Below are positions 1 through 8,229 of a stretch of 64,000 nt of DNA, piece by piece. How positions within the stretch are numbered: the first letter of the stretch is position 1; the number at the start of each line of letters is the position of its first letter. Source of the DNA: an uncultured Verrucomicrobiae bacterium (lineage in GTDB: Bacteria > Verrucomicrobiota > Verrucomicrobiia > Chthoniobacterales > JAATET01); contig CAVRCI010000007.1 of the NCBI GenBank assembly GCA_963719495.1, forward strand, positions 96,001 to 160,000, given 5' to 3'. The notes under the pieces are model-generated. The model was given only the letters and a program-made list of their open reading frames with translations. It ran no database searches and was not told where the DNA came from. The position numbers and the translations under genes are program-made.

Positions 1-959
1 CCGACGTGCGCATTCGGCTTCCGATCGAGCCGGACGTCCTCCGGGGACTCGAAGACGGTCTCGTCGTAATTTGCCGAAGCCCAATTGAGCGACACCCGTT
101 CCCCCGCCTTCACGTCGAGGCCTTGAACCTTCGTGTCGACCGGACACGTCCGCCCGATGTGGGTGAGCGGCGAAATGGCCCGCACGAATTCCTCCCCCGC
201 CAGAGCGATCACCTTCGGATTGATTCGCATCGTGTCGAGCGCCTCCGGGTGCTCGGCGAGGTATCCCACGATCGAAGCCACGGTGTTGATCACCGTATCC
301 CGCCCCCCCGCAAACGTCAGATTCGCGAATCCGACCATCTCGTCGCGCTTCAGCGCCCGCCCCTGAAACGTCGCCCGCGTGAGCGCGCTGAAAAAATCCT
401 CCCCAGGCGCTGCGCTCGCCCGGTCCAGCTGGGCGTGAATGTAATTCTCGAGGGCCTCACCCTTCCGCTCACCCGGCTTTCCGTCCCGGAAAACGTGCGT
501 CCCCCAGCCGATCCAGATCTCCGCCTCGGCCTCCGGCACGTTGAGAAGATGCGTCAGTGCCCGGGACTGGAGCGGCAGCGCGAACTCCCGCACGATCTCG
601 ACCGAAGCCATTTTCGACGCGGCGACGACAAGCTCCGCCACGAGCGCGGAGATGCTCGCGGCAAACTCCGGCTTCGACGGTCGCTTGAAGAATGGCTCGA
701 CGATCTTTCGGTATTCCGGGTGCTCCGGCGGGTCGGTTTCGATGGGAAGCTGGCGCACGCCCCGCGCATCCTCTTCGGAGGGAATCGGCACCCGAAACGG
801 CGCGTCCGAACTGAACGTCCCGGTGTCCCGCGCCGCTTCCCTCACGTCCTGATAGCGCAGGATCATCGGGATCGTCTCGCCGTCGAACTCTCCAGCGAGC
901 ACCCCGGCGTCCCGCCGCTCGCCTTTGAATGGGTCGTGGAAGGGGCAGGTTTTGGACAT
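1..959 (-). CDS. Cytochrome P450 (partial, runs off the window start)
   Basis: Manual minus-strand translation from ATG at 959: MSKTCPFHDP...IETDPPEHPEYRKIV...FAGGRDT (I-helix)...EEFVR (ExxR)...DETVFESPEDVRLDRKPNAHV, just before the expected heme-Cys motif. Absent from the ORF track because there is no stop in the window. Confidence 0.92.
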   Translation of the reverse strand, partial: MSKTCPFHDPFKGERRDAGVLAGEFDGETIPMILRYQDVREAARDTGTFSSDAPFRVPIPSEEDARGVRQLPIETDPPEHPEYRKIVEPFFKRPSKPEFAASISALVAELVVAASKMASVEIVREFALPLQSRALTHLLNVPEAEAEIWIGWGTHVFRDGKPGERKGEALENYIHAQLDRASAAPGEDFFSALTRATFQGRALKRDEMVGFANLTFAGGRDTVINTVASIVGYLAEHPEALDTMRINPKVIALAGEEFVRAISPLTHIGRTCPVDTKVQGLDVKAGERVSLNWASANYDETVFESPEDVRLDRKPNAHV

Positions 960-1382
960 TGGATCGGGGGCCTCAGGGTTCCGGGCCGTCGCGAAATTCG
1001 CCGAACGGTCGCGGGAGGCTACGAATTGTCTCCGAGAGTTTCAATTCGAGATCGGCGGGAAAGGTGAGTGCCGAGTCGAACCAGATTCCAATCTCCTCCC
1101 ACTTGCCATTGCCGATCACACCATCCCACCCGATCCTGCGCCGCCGCCCTTCCTCCGCAGCCGCCCCCGCGTCGTAGGCCATGTCGGGCGCGATCGATTC
1201 CGGACCTCGGCTCCAGACCGGGTAATCCCTGAGCCTCGGTGGCGAACAGGACAGTCCGCGACGGCCGCAAGATCGTCGACATCTTCACGCCCGTCATCGA
1301 CTTATCGCGAGAGAGCGGCGGCCGGCACGGCTTTTTGACATCCCGCCGGTCCGCCCCTACCCTCACCGCAACCAAGACCGAT

Positions 1383-2237
1383 ATGAAAAAATCCCTCCTC
1401 ATCCTCGCCACCGCCGTCCTCGCTGTTTCCACCTCCCTGCAAGCCGAGGTCAAGACCGCTCAGCCCAGCCCCTACTCCGAACTCGATCAAGTCGTCGGCG
1501 TCACCAATTTCACCGTCCAGTATTCGCGCCCCGGCGTGAAGGACCGCACGATCTACGGCGACCTCGTCCCCTACGGCGAAATCTGGCGCACCGGCGCAAA
1601 CGCGACGACCAAGCTCAAATTCGACACCGAAGTCACCTTCGGCGACAAGGCCGTTCCCGCCGGCGAATACGTCCTGTTCACGATCCCCGGCGAGGACGAA
1701 TGGACCGTCGTCCTCTACGGCGACACCGGGATCGCCAACGCCGGCCTCTACGACGAATCCAAGGACGTCGCCCGCGTCACCGTGAAGCCCATCGCGCTCG
1801 ACCAGTCCGTCGAGACCTTCACGATTGGCTTCGACGCCCTCCGCGACGACTCCGCGACGCTCTACCTCGACTGGGCCGACGTCCGCGTCCCCGTGCCGAT
1901 CAAGCTCGACACCAAAGGCCTGTCCGCCGCCGGGATCGAAAGCGCCATGACCGATCAGGATTCTTGGACCGCCCGTGACTACGCCAACGCCGCGGAGTTT
2001 TATTCGGAGAACGACGTGGATCTCGATCAGGCCGCCACTTGGATGGAAAAGGCCGTCGCGATGAATCCCGACGCCTTTTGGTGGCAGCACGGCTACGCCC
2101 AAATCCTCGCCAAGCAGGGTAAAACCAAAGCAGCCAAAGCCGCCGCCGAGAAGTCCATCGCGACAGCCGAAGCTTCCGAGGGCGGTGACTTCGGTTACGT
2201 CCAGCGGAACGAGGACCTTCTCGCCAAGCTGAAGTAA
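1383..2237 (+). CDS. DUF2911 domain-containing secreted protein with C-terminal TPR-like helices
   Basis: Signal peptide MKKSLLILATAVLAVSTSLQA; motifs PSP, YSRPGVK, LVPYGEIWRTGAN, PAGEYVLFTIPG. Confidence 0.85.
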   Translation: MKKSLLILATAVLAVSTSLQAEVKTAQPSPYSELDQVVGVTNFTVQYSRPGVKDRTIYGDLVPYGEIWRTGANATTKLKFDTEVTFGDKAVPAGEYVLFTIPGEDEWTVVLYGDTGIANAGLYDESKDVARVTVKPIALDQSVETFTIGFDALRDDSATLYLDWADVRVPVPIKLDTKGLSAAGIESAMTDQDSWTARDYANAAEFYSENDVDLDQAATWMEKAVAMNPDAFWWQHGYAQILAKQGKTKAAKAAAEKSIATAEASEGGDFGYVQRNEDLLAKLK

Positions 2238-2277
2238 CCGCGCCGTCCTGCCGTCGGAACGAGTTCGTTCAAATTCC

Positions 2278-4737
2278 ATGCGTGCGTTCGCCTCGGCGAT
2301 TTTGCTGTCGATGCTCACGCCTTCCCTGGCTACCGCCCTCGAACCCTGGCCGAGCGGTCGGCTCGAGTTGGAACTCGAGAAGCTCCGCGTCCTCGGCAGC
2401 GTTCTCTACGTCGCCGCCCACCCGGACGACGAGAATACCACCCTCATCGCCTACCTCGCGAACGAGGCGAAAGTCCGCACGACCTACCTCTCCCTCACCC
2501 GCGGCGATGGCGGCCAGAATCTCGTCGGCGCCGACCTCGGCGAGAAGCTCGGTCTCATCCGGACGCAGGAACTCCTCGCCGCGCGGGAAATCGACGGCGG
2601 GCAGCAAATCTTCGGGCGCGCCATCGACTTCGGCTATTCGAAGACCTCCGCCGAATCACTGGAGATCTGGGGGAAAACCGAGGCGCTCGCCGATGTCGTC
2701 TGGGCGATTCGCTCGACCCGGCCCGACGTGATCATCACGCGCTTCTCGCTCCTCGAAGGCTTCACCCACGGCCACCACACCGCCTCCGCCCTCCTCGCCA
2801 GGGAAGCCTTCACCGCCGCCGCCGATCCCAAATCCTTCCCCGAGCAACTCGCGTTCGTCGAGCCTTGGACCGCCAAACGCCTCCTCTGGAACACCTCGTC
2901 CTGGTTTTACAAACGCCGCGAGATCGAATTCGACCCCACCGGCCTCCTCCGAGTCGACGTCGGCGGCTACAACCCACTCCTCGGCGAATCCTACCCGGAA
3001 ATCGCCGCCCGCAGCCGCAGCGCCCACCGCTCCCAAGGCTTCGGCACCACCGCCGAGCTCGGCGAGTCCTTCGAATACTTCACCCCGCTCGCGGGCGACG
3101 CCACCACCGACGCCCTCCTCGCCGGCGTCGACACGACGTGGACCCGCGTCGCCGCTTCCGCCCCGGTCGCCGCCGCGATCGATCGAGCCATCGCCGCCTA
3201 CTTGCCCGCCGATCCGTCCCGCGCCATCCCCGACCTCATCGCCGCCCACCGGGCCCTGACCGCTCTCCCCGACCAATTCTGGCGCACCGAGAAACTTCGC
3301 GACCTCGAGCGCGTCATCGCCGCCTGCCTCGGCCTCGACCTCGAAAGCCTCGCCACCACCCCCTCCGCCGTCGCGGGCACCGAAGTCTCCGTCACCCTCC
3401 GCGCCGTCCAGCGTTCGCCTTTCGACGTGAGCATCGCGTTCGATTTTGCCGATCCAGTTTTCCTCCCCTCGAACCAACTCGTCGAAACCACCCGCACCGT
3501 CAGCGTCCCGGCATCACCCGCCACGACTCAGCCCTACTGGCTCACGGAGCCTGCCGGACGCGGAAGCTTCACCGTTACCGACCAGCAACTCATCGGTCGC
3601 CCGGCAAATCCGCCCACCCTCCCGCTCACCGCGACCGTCACCGTCGACGGAACGCCATTCACCCACACCCTCGCGACCACCCACAACTTCACCGATCCCA
3701 TCCGCGGCGAGGTGAAAGAGCCGTTCATCGTCACCCCGCCCGCGATGATCAAAATCGGAGAAAATACCGAGATTTTCGGCACCGCCGAGCCCCGTCCAAT
3801 TTCGGCCCGCATCCTCGCCCGCTCCGCCATCACCGGCGGCCAGCTCCGCTTCGTCACCACCGACGGCTGGAAGATCGAGCCCGCCACCTTCGACTTCGAC
3901 GCCCAGCCCGGCGACGAGATCCCAATCACCGCCACCCTCACCCCACCGCCCTCACCGAGCCAATCCACCCTCACCGCGGAACTTGTGATCGACGGCCAGA
4001 CCACCAACCGCGGCTACGAGCGCATCGACCCCGGCCACATCCCGGCTCAAACCCTCTTCCCCATCGCCCAGGCCAAACTCGTCGCCCTCGACGTGAAACT
4101 CGCCGCCACCCGCGTCGGCACCATTCCCGGCGCGGGCGACGAGATCCCCGAAGCTCTCCGCCGCATGGGAGCCACCGTCGACACCCTCGGCGAATCTGAC
4201 CTCACCCCCGCCAACCTCGCCCGCTACGACGCCGTCGTCCTCGGCATCCGCGCCGTCAACACCAACGACCGCATCACGTTCCACCTCCCCGCCCTCTTCG
4301 ACTACGCCGCCAACGGGGGCGTCGTCATTTCCCAATACAACACCAGCCAAGGCCTCCAGACCGAGGCCTTCACCCCCGCCCCACTCACCCTCTCCCGCGA
4401 CCGCGTCACCGACGAGACCGCCCCAGTCGAAATCCTCGCACCCGACCACCCGGCAATGACGTTTCCCAACGCCATCACCGCCACCGATTTCGAAGGCTGG
4501 GTGCAGGAGCGCGGCCTCTACTTCGCGTCGAAGTGGGACCCCGCCTTCACCCCCATCCTCGCCATCGCCGACCCCGACGAACCCGCCTCTCAAGGCAGCC
4601 TCCTCATCGAGCGCCACGGCGAAGGATGGTTCGTCTACACCGGCCTCTCGTTCTTCCGCCAACTCCCCGCCGGAGTCCCCGGAGCCTACCGCCTCTTCGC
4701 CAACCTGGTCTCCCTGGGCCACTCCAACGATGAATGA
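2278..4737 (+). CDS. Large secreted PIG-L/LmbE family deacetylase (819 aa) with Ig-like and C-terminal GATase-like domains
   Basis: Signal peptide; AAHPDDE, LTRGDGGQN, RTQELLAAR, HGHH motifs; C-terminal WVQERGLYF and LSFFRQLPAGVPGAYRLFANL. Confidence 0.88.
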   Translation: MRAFASAILLSMLTPSLATALEPWPSGRLELELEKLRVLGSVLYVAAHPDDENTTLIAYLANEAKVRTTYLSLTRGDGGQNLVGADLGEKLGLIRTQELLAAREIDGGQQIFGRAIDFGYSKTSAESLEIWGKTEALADVVWAIRSTRPDVIITRFSLLEGFTHGHHTASALLAREAFTAAADPKSFPEQLAFVEPWTAKRLLWNTSSWFYKRREIEFDPTGLLRVDVGGYNPLLGESYPEIAARSRSAHRSQGFGTTAELGESFEYFTPLAGDATTDALLAGVDTTWTRVAASAPVAAAIDRAIAAYLPADPSRAIPDLIAAHRALTALPDQFWRTEKLRDLERVIAACLGLDLESLATTPSAVAGTEVSVTLRAVQRSPFDVSIAFDFADPVFLPSNQLVETTRTVSVPASPATTQPYWLTEPAGRGSFTVTDQQLIGRPANPPTLPLTATVTVDGTPFTHTLATTHNFTDPIRGEVKEPFIVTPPAMIKIGENTEIFGTAEPRPISARILARSAITGGQLRFVTTDGWKIEPATFDFDAQPGDEIPITATLTPPPSPSQSTLTAELVIDGQTTNRGYERIDPGHIPAQTLFPIAQAKLVALDVKLAATRVGTIPGAGDEIPEALRRMGATVDTLGESDLTPANLARYDAVVLGIRAVNTNDRITFHLPALFDYAANGGVVISQYNTSQGLQTEAFTPAPLTLSRDRVTDETAPVEILAPDHPAMTFPNAITATDFEGWVQERGLYFASKWDPAFTPILAIADPDEPASQGSLLIERHGEGWFVYTGLSFFRQLPAGVPGAYRLFANLVSLGHSNDE

Positions 4738-4831
4738 GAAAGCCAGCTGGCGCGCCATCTACGCCACCGTCCTCATCTGGCTGGCAGCCCAGATCGCCCT
4801 GATGACCTGGTTCACCAGAATCCACCAGTGA
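4730..4831 (+). CDS. 33-aa single-pass membrane peptide, likely symporter accessory protein
   Basis: MNEKASWRAIYATVLIWLAAQIALMTWFTRIHQ; start overlaps the PIG-L stop; lies directly upstream of the SSS gene; too short for the ORF track. Confidence 0.7.
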   Translation: MNEKASWRAIYATVLIWLAAQIALMTWFTRIHQ

Positions 4832-4880
4832 CGCCAAACCCGACCCGGCAAATCGAGCAAAGCGAGAGAGCCGCCCGCAT

Positions 4881-4940
4881 TTCAAGGAGCGGCGATTTGC
4901 AATCGCCGAACCAACCCAATCCGGCCACCGCCGGACACTT
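4881..4940 (+). repeat. GGAGC-led REP-like hairpin plus second hairpin (related copies at 9366, 49054, 52176, 52267, 58911, 58975, 59964)
   Basis: ttcaaggagcggcgatttgcaatcgccga is identical (29 bp) at 4881 and 58906; the cccaatccggc..ccggacact part recurs in the 9366 and 52267 copies. Confidence 0.8.
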
Positions 4941-4949
4941 TCCCCCCGC

Positions 4950-6620
4950 ATGACCCCCGCCGACTGGACAGTCCTCCTGGTCACAGTAATCGGCATCGTC
5001 GCCTACGGCCTCCACACCGCCCGCCGCGACCACACCTCCAGCGACTACCTCCGCGGAGGCAACGACCTCAAATGGGGCACCATCGGCCTCTCCGTGATGG
5101 CCACCCAGGCCTCCGCCATCACCTTCCTCTCCACCCCCGGCCAGGGCTACACGCAGGGCCTCGGCTTCGTCCAAAACTACCTCGGCCTCCCCATCGCACT
5201 CATCGTCATCGCCGCCGTCTTCGTCCCGATCTACTACCGGCTCAAAGTCACCACCGCCTACGAATTCCTCGGCCAGCGCTTCGACCAGAAAACCCGCCTC
5301 CTCGGCGCCGGCCTCTTCCTCCTCCAACGCGGACTCGCCGCCGGGATCACCATCTACGCCCCCGCCATCATCGTCTCCAGCATCCTCCACTGGCCGCTCG
5401 GCCCCACCATCTTCTTCACCGGCTTCCTCGTCATCCTCTACACCGTCACCGGCGGCACCCGCACCGTCAGCCTCACCCAGCGCACCCAGATGCTCGTCAT
5501 TCTCCTCGGCATGACCATCGCCTTCGGCTACGTCGTCGCCGGCCTCCCCGCCGACGTCTCGTTCGACGACGCCCTCTACCTCGCCGGCATCAACGACCGC
5601 CTCCAGGCCATCAGCTTCTCCGTCGACCCCGGCGAACGCTACACCATCTGGACCGGCCTCATCGGCGGCACCTTTCTCGCGCTCTCGTATTTCGGCACCG
5701 ACCAATCCCAGGTCCAACGCTACCTCGCCGGCAGCTCCGCCACGTCCAGCCGCCTCGGCCTCATGTTCAACGCCGTCCTCAAGATCCCGATGCAATTCGC
5801 GATCCTGCTCCTCGGCGTCCTCCTCTTCGTCTTCTACCTCTTCCAACCCCCACCCATCTTCTTCAACGAAGCCGCCGTCGCCCAGGTCGCCGAATCCGCG
5901 CCCGCCACCCTCGCCCCGATCGAATCCCGTTTCAAAGCCGCCGCCACCGCCCGCGAAACCGCCGTCCGCACCGCCCTCGCCACCCGCACCCCCGCCACCG
6001 AAGCCGCGATCCACCGCCTCACCGCCGAAATGGACACCGAGCGAGCCGCCTTCCAATCCGCCCTCCTCACCGCCAATCCCGCCGCCGACACCGAGGACTC
6101 CGACTACGTCTTCCTCGGCTTCGTCCTCGCCTACCTCCCCTCCGGTCTCGTCGGCCTTCTCGTCGCCGTCATCTTCCTCGCCGCCATGTCCTCGACCGCG
6201 TCCGAACTCAACGCCCTCGCCTCGACCACCGTCAACGACGGCTACCGCACCCTCGTCCGCCCCGACGCCACCGACACCCACTACGTCTGGATCGCCCGCC
6301 TCCTCACCCTCGCCTGGGGAGCCATCGCCGTGAGCTTCGCCATGACCCTCACCCTCTTCGACAACCTCATCGAAGCCGTCAACATCATCGGCTCCCTCTT
6401 CTACGGCGCGATCCTCGGCCTCTTCCTTATCGCCTTCTTCATCAAACGCGTCGGCGGCACCGCCGCCTTCATCGCCGGCGTCACCGCCGAACTCACCGTC
6501 CTTGCCCTCTACTTCTCCCCCGTCGAGATCGGCTACCTCTGGTTCAACCTCATCGGCTGCGCCCTCACCATCGTCACCGCCCTCGTCCTCCAACCCCTCC
6601 TCGAGCGCCAAACCCGATGA
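4950..6620 (+). CDS. Sodium:solute symporter (SSS family)
   Basis: Many TM helices; LSVMATQASAITFLSTPG, YFGTDQSQVQRYL, AAMSSTASELNALA. Confidence 0.93.
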   Translation: MTPADWTVLLVTVIGIVAYGLHTARRDHTSSDYLRGGNDLKWGTIGLSVMATQASAITFLSTPGQGYTQGLGFVQNYLGLPIALIVIAAVFVPIYYRLKVTTAYEFLGQRFDQKTRLLGAGLFLLQRGLAAGITIYAPAIIVSSILHWPLGPTIFFTGFLVILYTVTGGTRTVSLTQRTQMLVILLGMTIAFGYVVAGLPADVSFDDALYLAGINDRLQAISFSVDPGERYTIWTGLIGGTFLALSYFGTDQSQVQRYLAGSSATSSRLGLMFNAVLKIPMQFAILLLGVLLFVFYLFQPPPIFFNEAAVAQVAESAPATLAPIESRFKAAATARETAVRTALATRTPATEAAIHRLTAEMDTERAAFQSALLTANPAADTEDSDYVFLGFVLAYLPSGLVGLLVAVIFLAAMSSTASELNALASTTVNDGYRTLVRPDATDTHYVWIARLLTLAWGAIAVSFAMTLTLFDNLIEAVNIIGSLFYGAILGLFLIAFFIKRVGGTAAFIAGVTAELTVLALYFSPVEIGYLWFNLIGCALTIVTALVLQPLLERQTR

Positions 6621-7384
6621 CCCCCATCATCTGCTTCGGCCAACAACCCTGCGGCTTCCTGCCCCGCCGTTTCCTCTTCGCAAAAATCCAAACCGCCCGC
6701 CGTCTCCAAGCCGACCTCGGCGACGCCCGCATCGTCCTCTTCTACCACGACAGCGACCACGACCCCCGCGAAACCCAAACCATCCTCATCGAGGCAAAAA
6801 CCGGCGACGAACAACGCCTCAACTTCACCTTCGCGAACAAGACCCAGAAAAAATACTCCCCCCTCTACGCCAAACGCATCCTCCCCGACTGGCAACCCAC
6901 CACCGCCCGCCAACTCCCCAAATACCTCCGCCCCGCCCACGTCGCCGCCTTCGAGTCCATCGAAGCCACCAACCCCGCCGACTTCTGCCTCGCCATGTAT
7001 CGCGCCCTCGGCCTCCTCGACGGCATCGAACTCGCCCGCTCCAGCGACCCCGCCTTCCGCACCGCCGCCTGCGACATCGACGACTACTTCGTCGACGTCC
7101 CCCACGAAGGCGAAACCGTCCGCGCCCGCCGCAAACCCGACGACCGCCTCCGCCTCCACAAAGGTGGCCAAGCCTACGTCGACCTCCCTCCCCAATCCTG
7201 GGAACGCCACCAGATCAGCCCCGCCCGCGACACCCGCCTCCCGTGGATGCAATCCGTCATCCACTGCACGCACTACGTCGCCGGAGCCGGCGAAATGGAC
7301 TACCTCGACCAAACGCAGGCGCCCGAAATCGAATTCGTTCGCCGCGACGACATAGCCAACGCCAGCATCGCCTACCTGCCATGA
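6617..7384 (+). CDS. bshC: Compact BshC-like protein (putative bacillithiol cysteine-adding enzyme), 255 aa
   Basis: ATG overlaps the SSS stop (ATGA). FGQQP, LFYHDSDHDPRE and SP...YVAGAGEMDY parallel the BshC TGQQ, FWxxxEDHDxxE and SP...YVGGPGExAY motifs; directly upstream of bshB and bshA. Confidence 0.65.
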   Translation: MTPIICFGQQPCGFLPRRFLFAKIQTARRLQADLGDARIVLFYHDSDHDPRETQTILIEAKTGDEQRLNFTFANKTQKKYSPLYAKRILPDWQPTTARQLPKYLRPAHVAAFESIEATNPADFCLAMYRALGLLDGIELARSSDPAFRTAACDIDDYFVDVPHEGETVRARRKPDDRLRLHKGGQAYVDLPPQSWERHQISPARDTRLPWMQSVIHCTHYVAGAGEMDYLDQTQAPEIEFVRRDDIANASIAYLP

Positions 7385-8079
7385 AAATTCTCGCCCTCGG
7401 CGCCCACCCCGACGACCTCGAGTTCGGCCTCGGCGGAGTCCTCCTCACCGAGCGCGACGCCGGCGCCGACATCACACTCGCCATCACCTCCCGCGGCGAA
7501 TCCAGCAGCCACGGCACCCCAGCCGAACGCGAAGCCGAAGCCCGCGCCGCCGCCAAGCTCCTCGGCGCCGACCTCCACGTCCTCGACTTCGGCGGCGACG
7601 GCTACCAAACCGCCAGCCCGGCGAACGCCACCGCCATCGCCCGCCTCATTCGCGAAGTCCGACCGACCCTCGTCTTCGCCCCCACTCCCCACCCGAACCA
7701 ACACCCCGACCACGCCGCCGTCGGCCAGGCCACCCGCGACGCCTGCCGCCTCGCCCGCTACGCCGGCCTCGAACCCCTCCGCGACCTCCCACCCCACACC
7801 ATAGATTCCCTCTGGTTCTACGCCATCACCCCACCCCTCGATCCCCACCCCGCTCCCACCCTCCTCGTCGACGTCTCCTCCGTCCTCGACCGCTGGCGTC
7901 AACTCATGGCCTGCCACGAATCCCAACTCACCCACCGCAACTACCTCGACCTCCAACTCACCCAAGCCCACCACCTCGGCCTCCAAGCCAACTGCCAAGC
8001 CGCCATCCCCCTCTGGCCCAACGACCCACCGATCGTAAAGAACCTGTCCTCGTTAACGAGAGCAACTCGCGCCTTCTGA
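7381..8079 (+). CDS. bshB1: Bacillithiol biosynthesis deacetylase BshB1-like (PIG-L family)
   Basis: GAHPDDLE, SRGESSSHGT, HPDH, CHESQ motifs; between bshC-like and bshA. Confidence 0.8.
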   Translation: MKILALGAHPDDLEFGLGGVLLTERDAGADITLAITSRGESSSHGTPAEREAEARAAAKLLGADLHVLDFGGDGYQTASPANATAIARLIREVRPTLVFAPTPHPNQHPDHAAVGQATRDACRLARYAGLEPLRDLPPHTIDSLWFYAITPPLDPHPAPTLLVDVSSVLDRWRQLMACHESQLTHRNYLDLQLTQAHHLGLQANCQAAIPLWPNDPPIVKNLSSLTRATRAF

Positions 8080-8161
8080 CCCGGTGGAGCGGGCGCTCCG
8101 CGCACGCTGGCGACCGACTCCGTGGTCCATTGAACCGCAACTCCCAAGCAACGGCGCTTCA

Positions 8162-8221
8162 GACCTTCCGACCTTCCGACCTTCCGACCTTCCGACCTTC
8201 CGACCTTCCGACCTTTCGACC
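8162..8221 (+). repeat. 8-bp tandem repeat (GACCTTCC)x6 plus one imperfect and one partial copy
   Basis: Read directly; ends 8 nt before the bshA ATG. Confidence 0.95.
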
Positions 8222-8229
8222 CGCATCCC

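Noticed and set aside
6..1067. 353-aa plus-strand ORF
   Set aside because: Arg-rich antisense shadow of the P450
5072..6616. N-terminal part of the 770-aa ORF 5072..7384 (likewise the extensions of 6502..8079 and 15712..17250)
   Set aside because: Off-frame Arg/Pro/His-rich read-through of the upstream gene; real starts are 6617, 7381 and 16480
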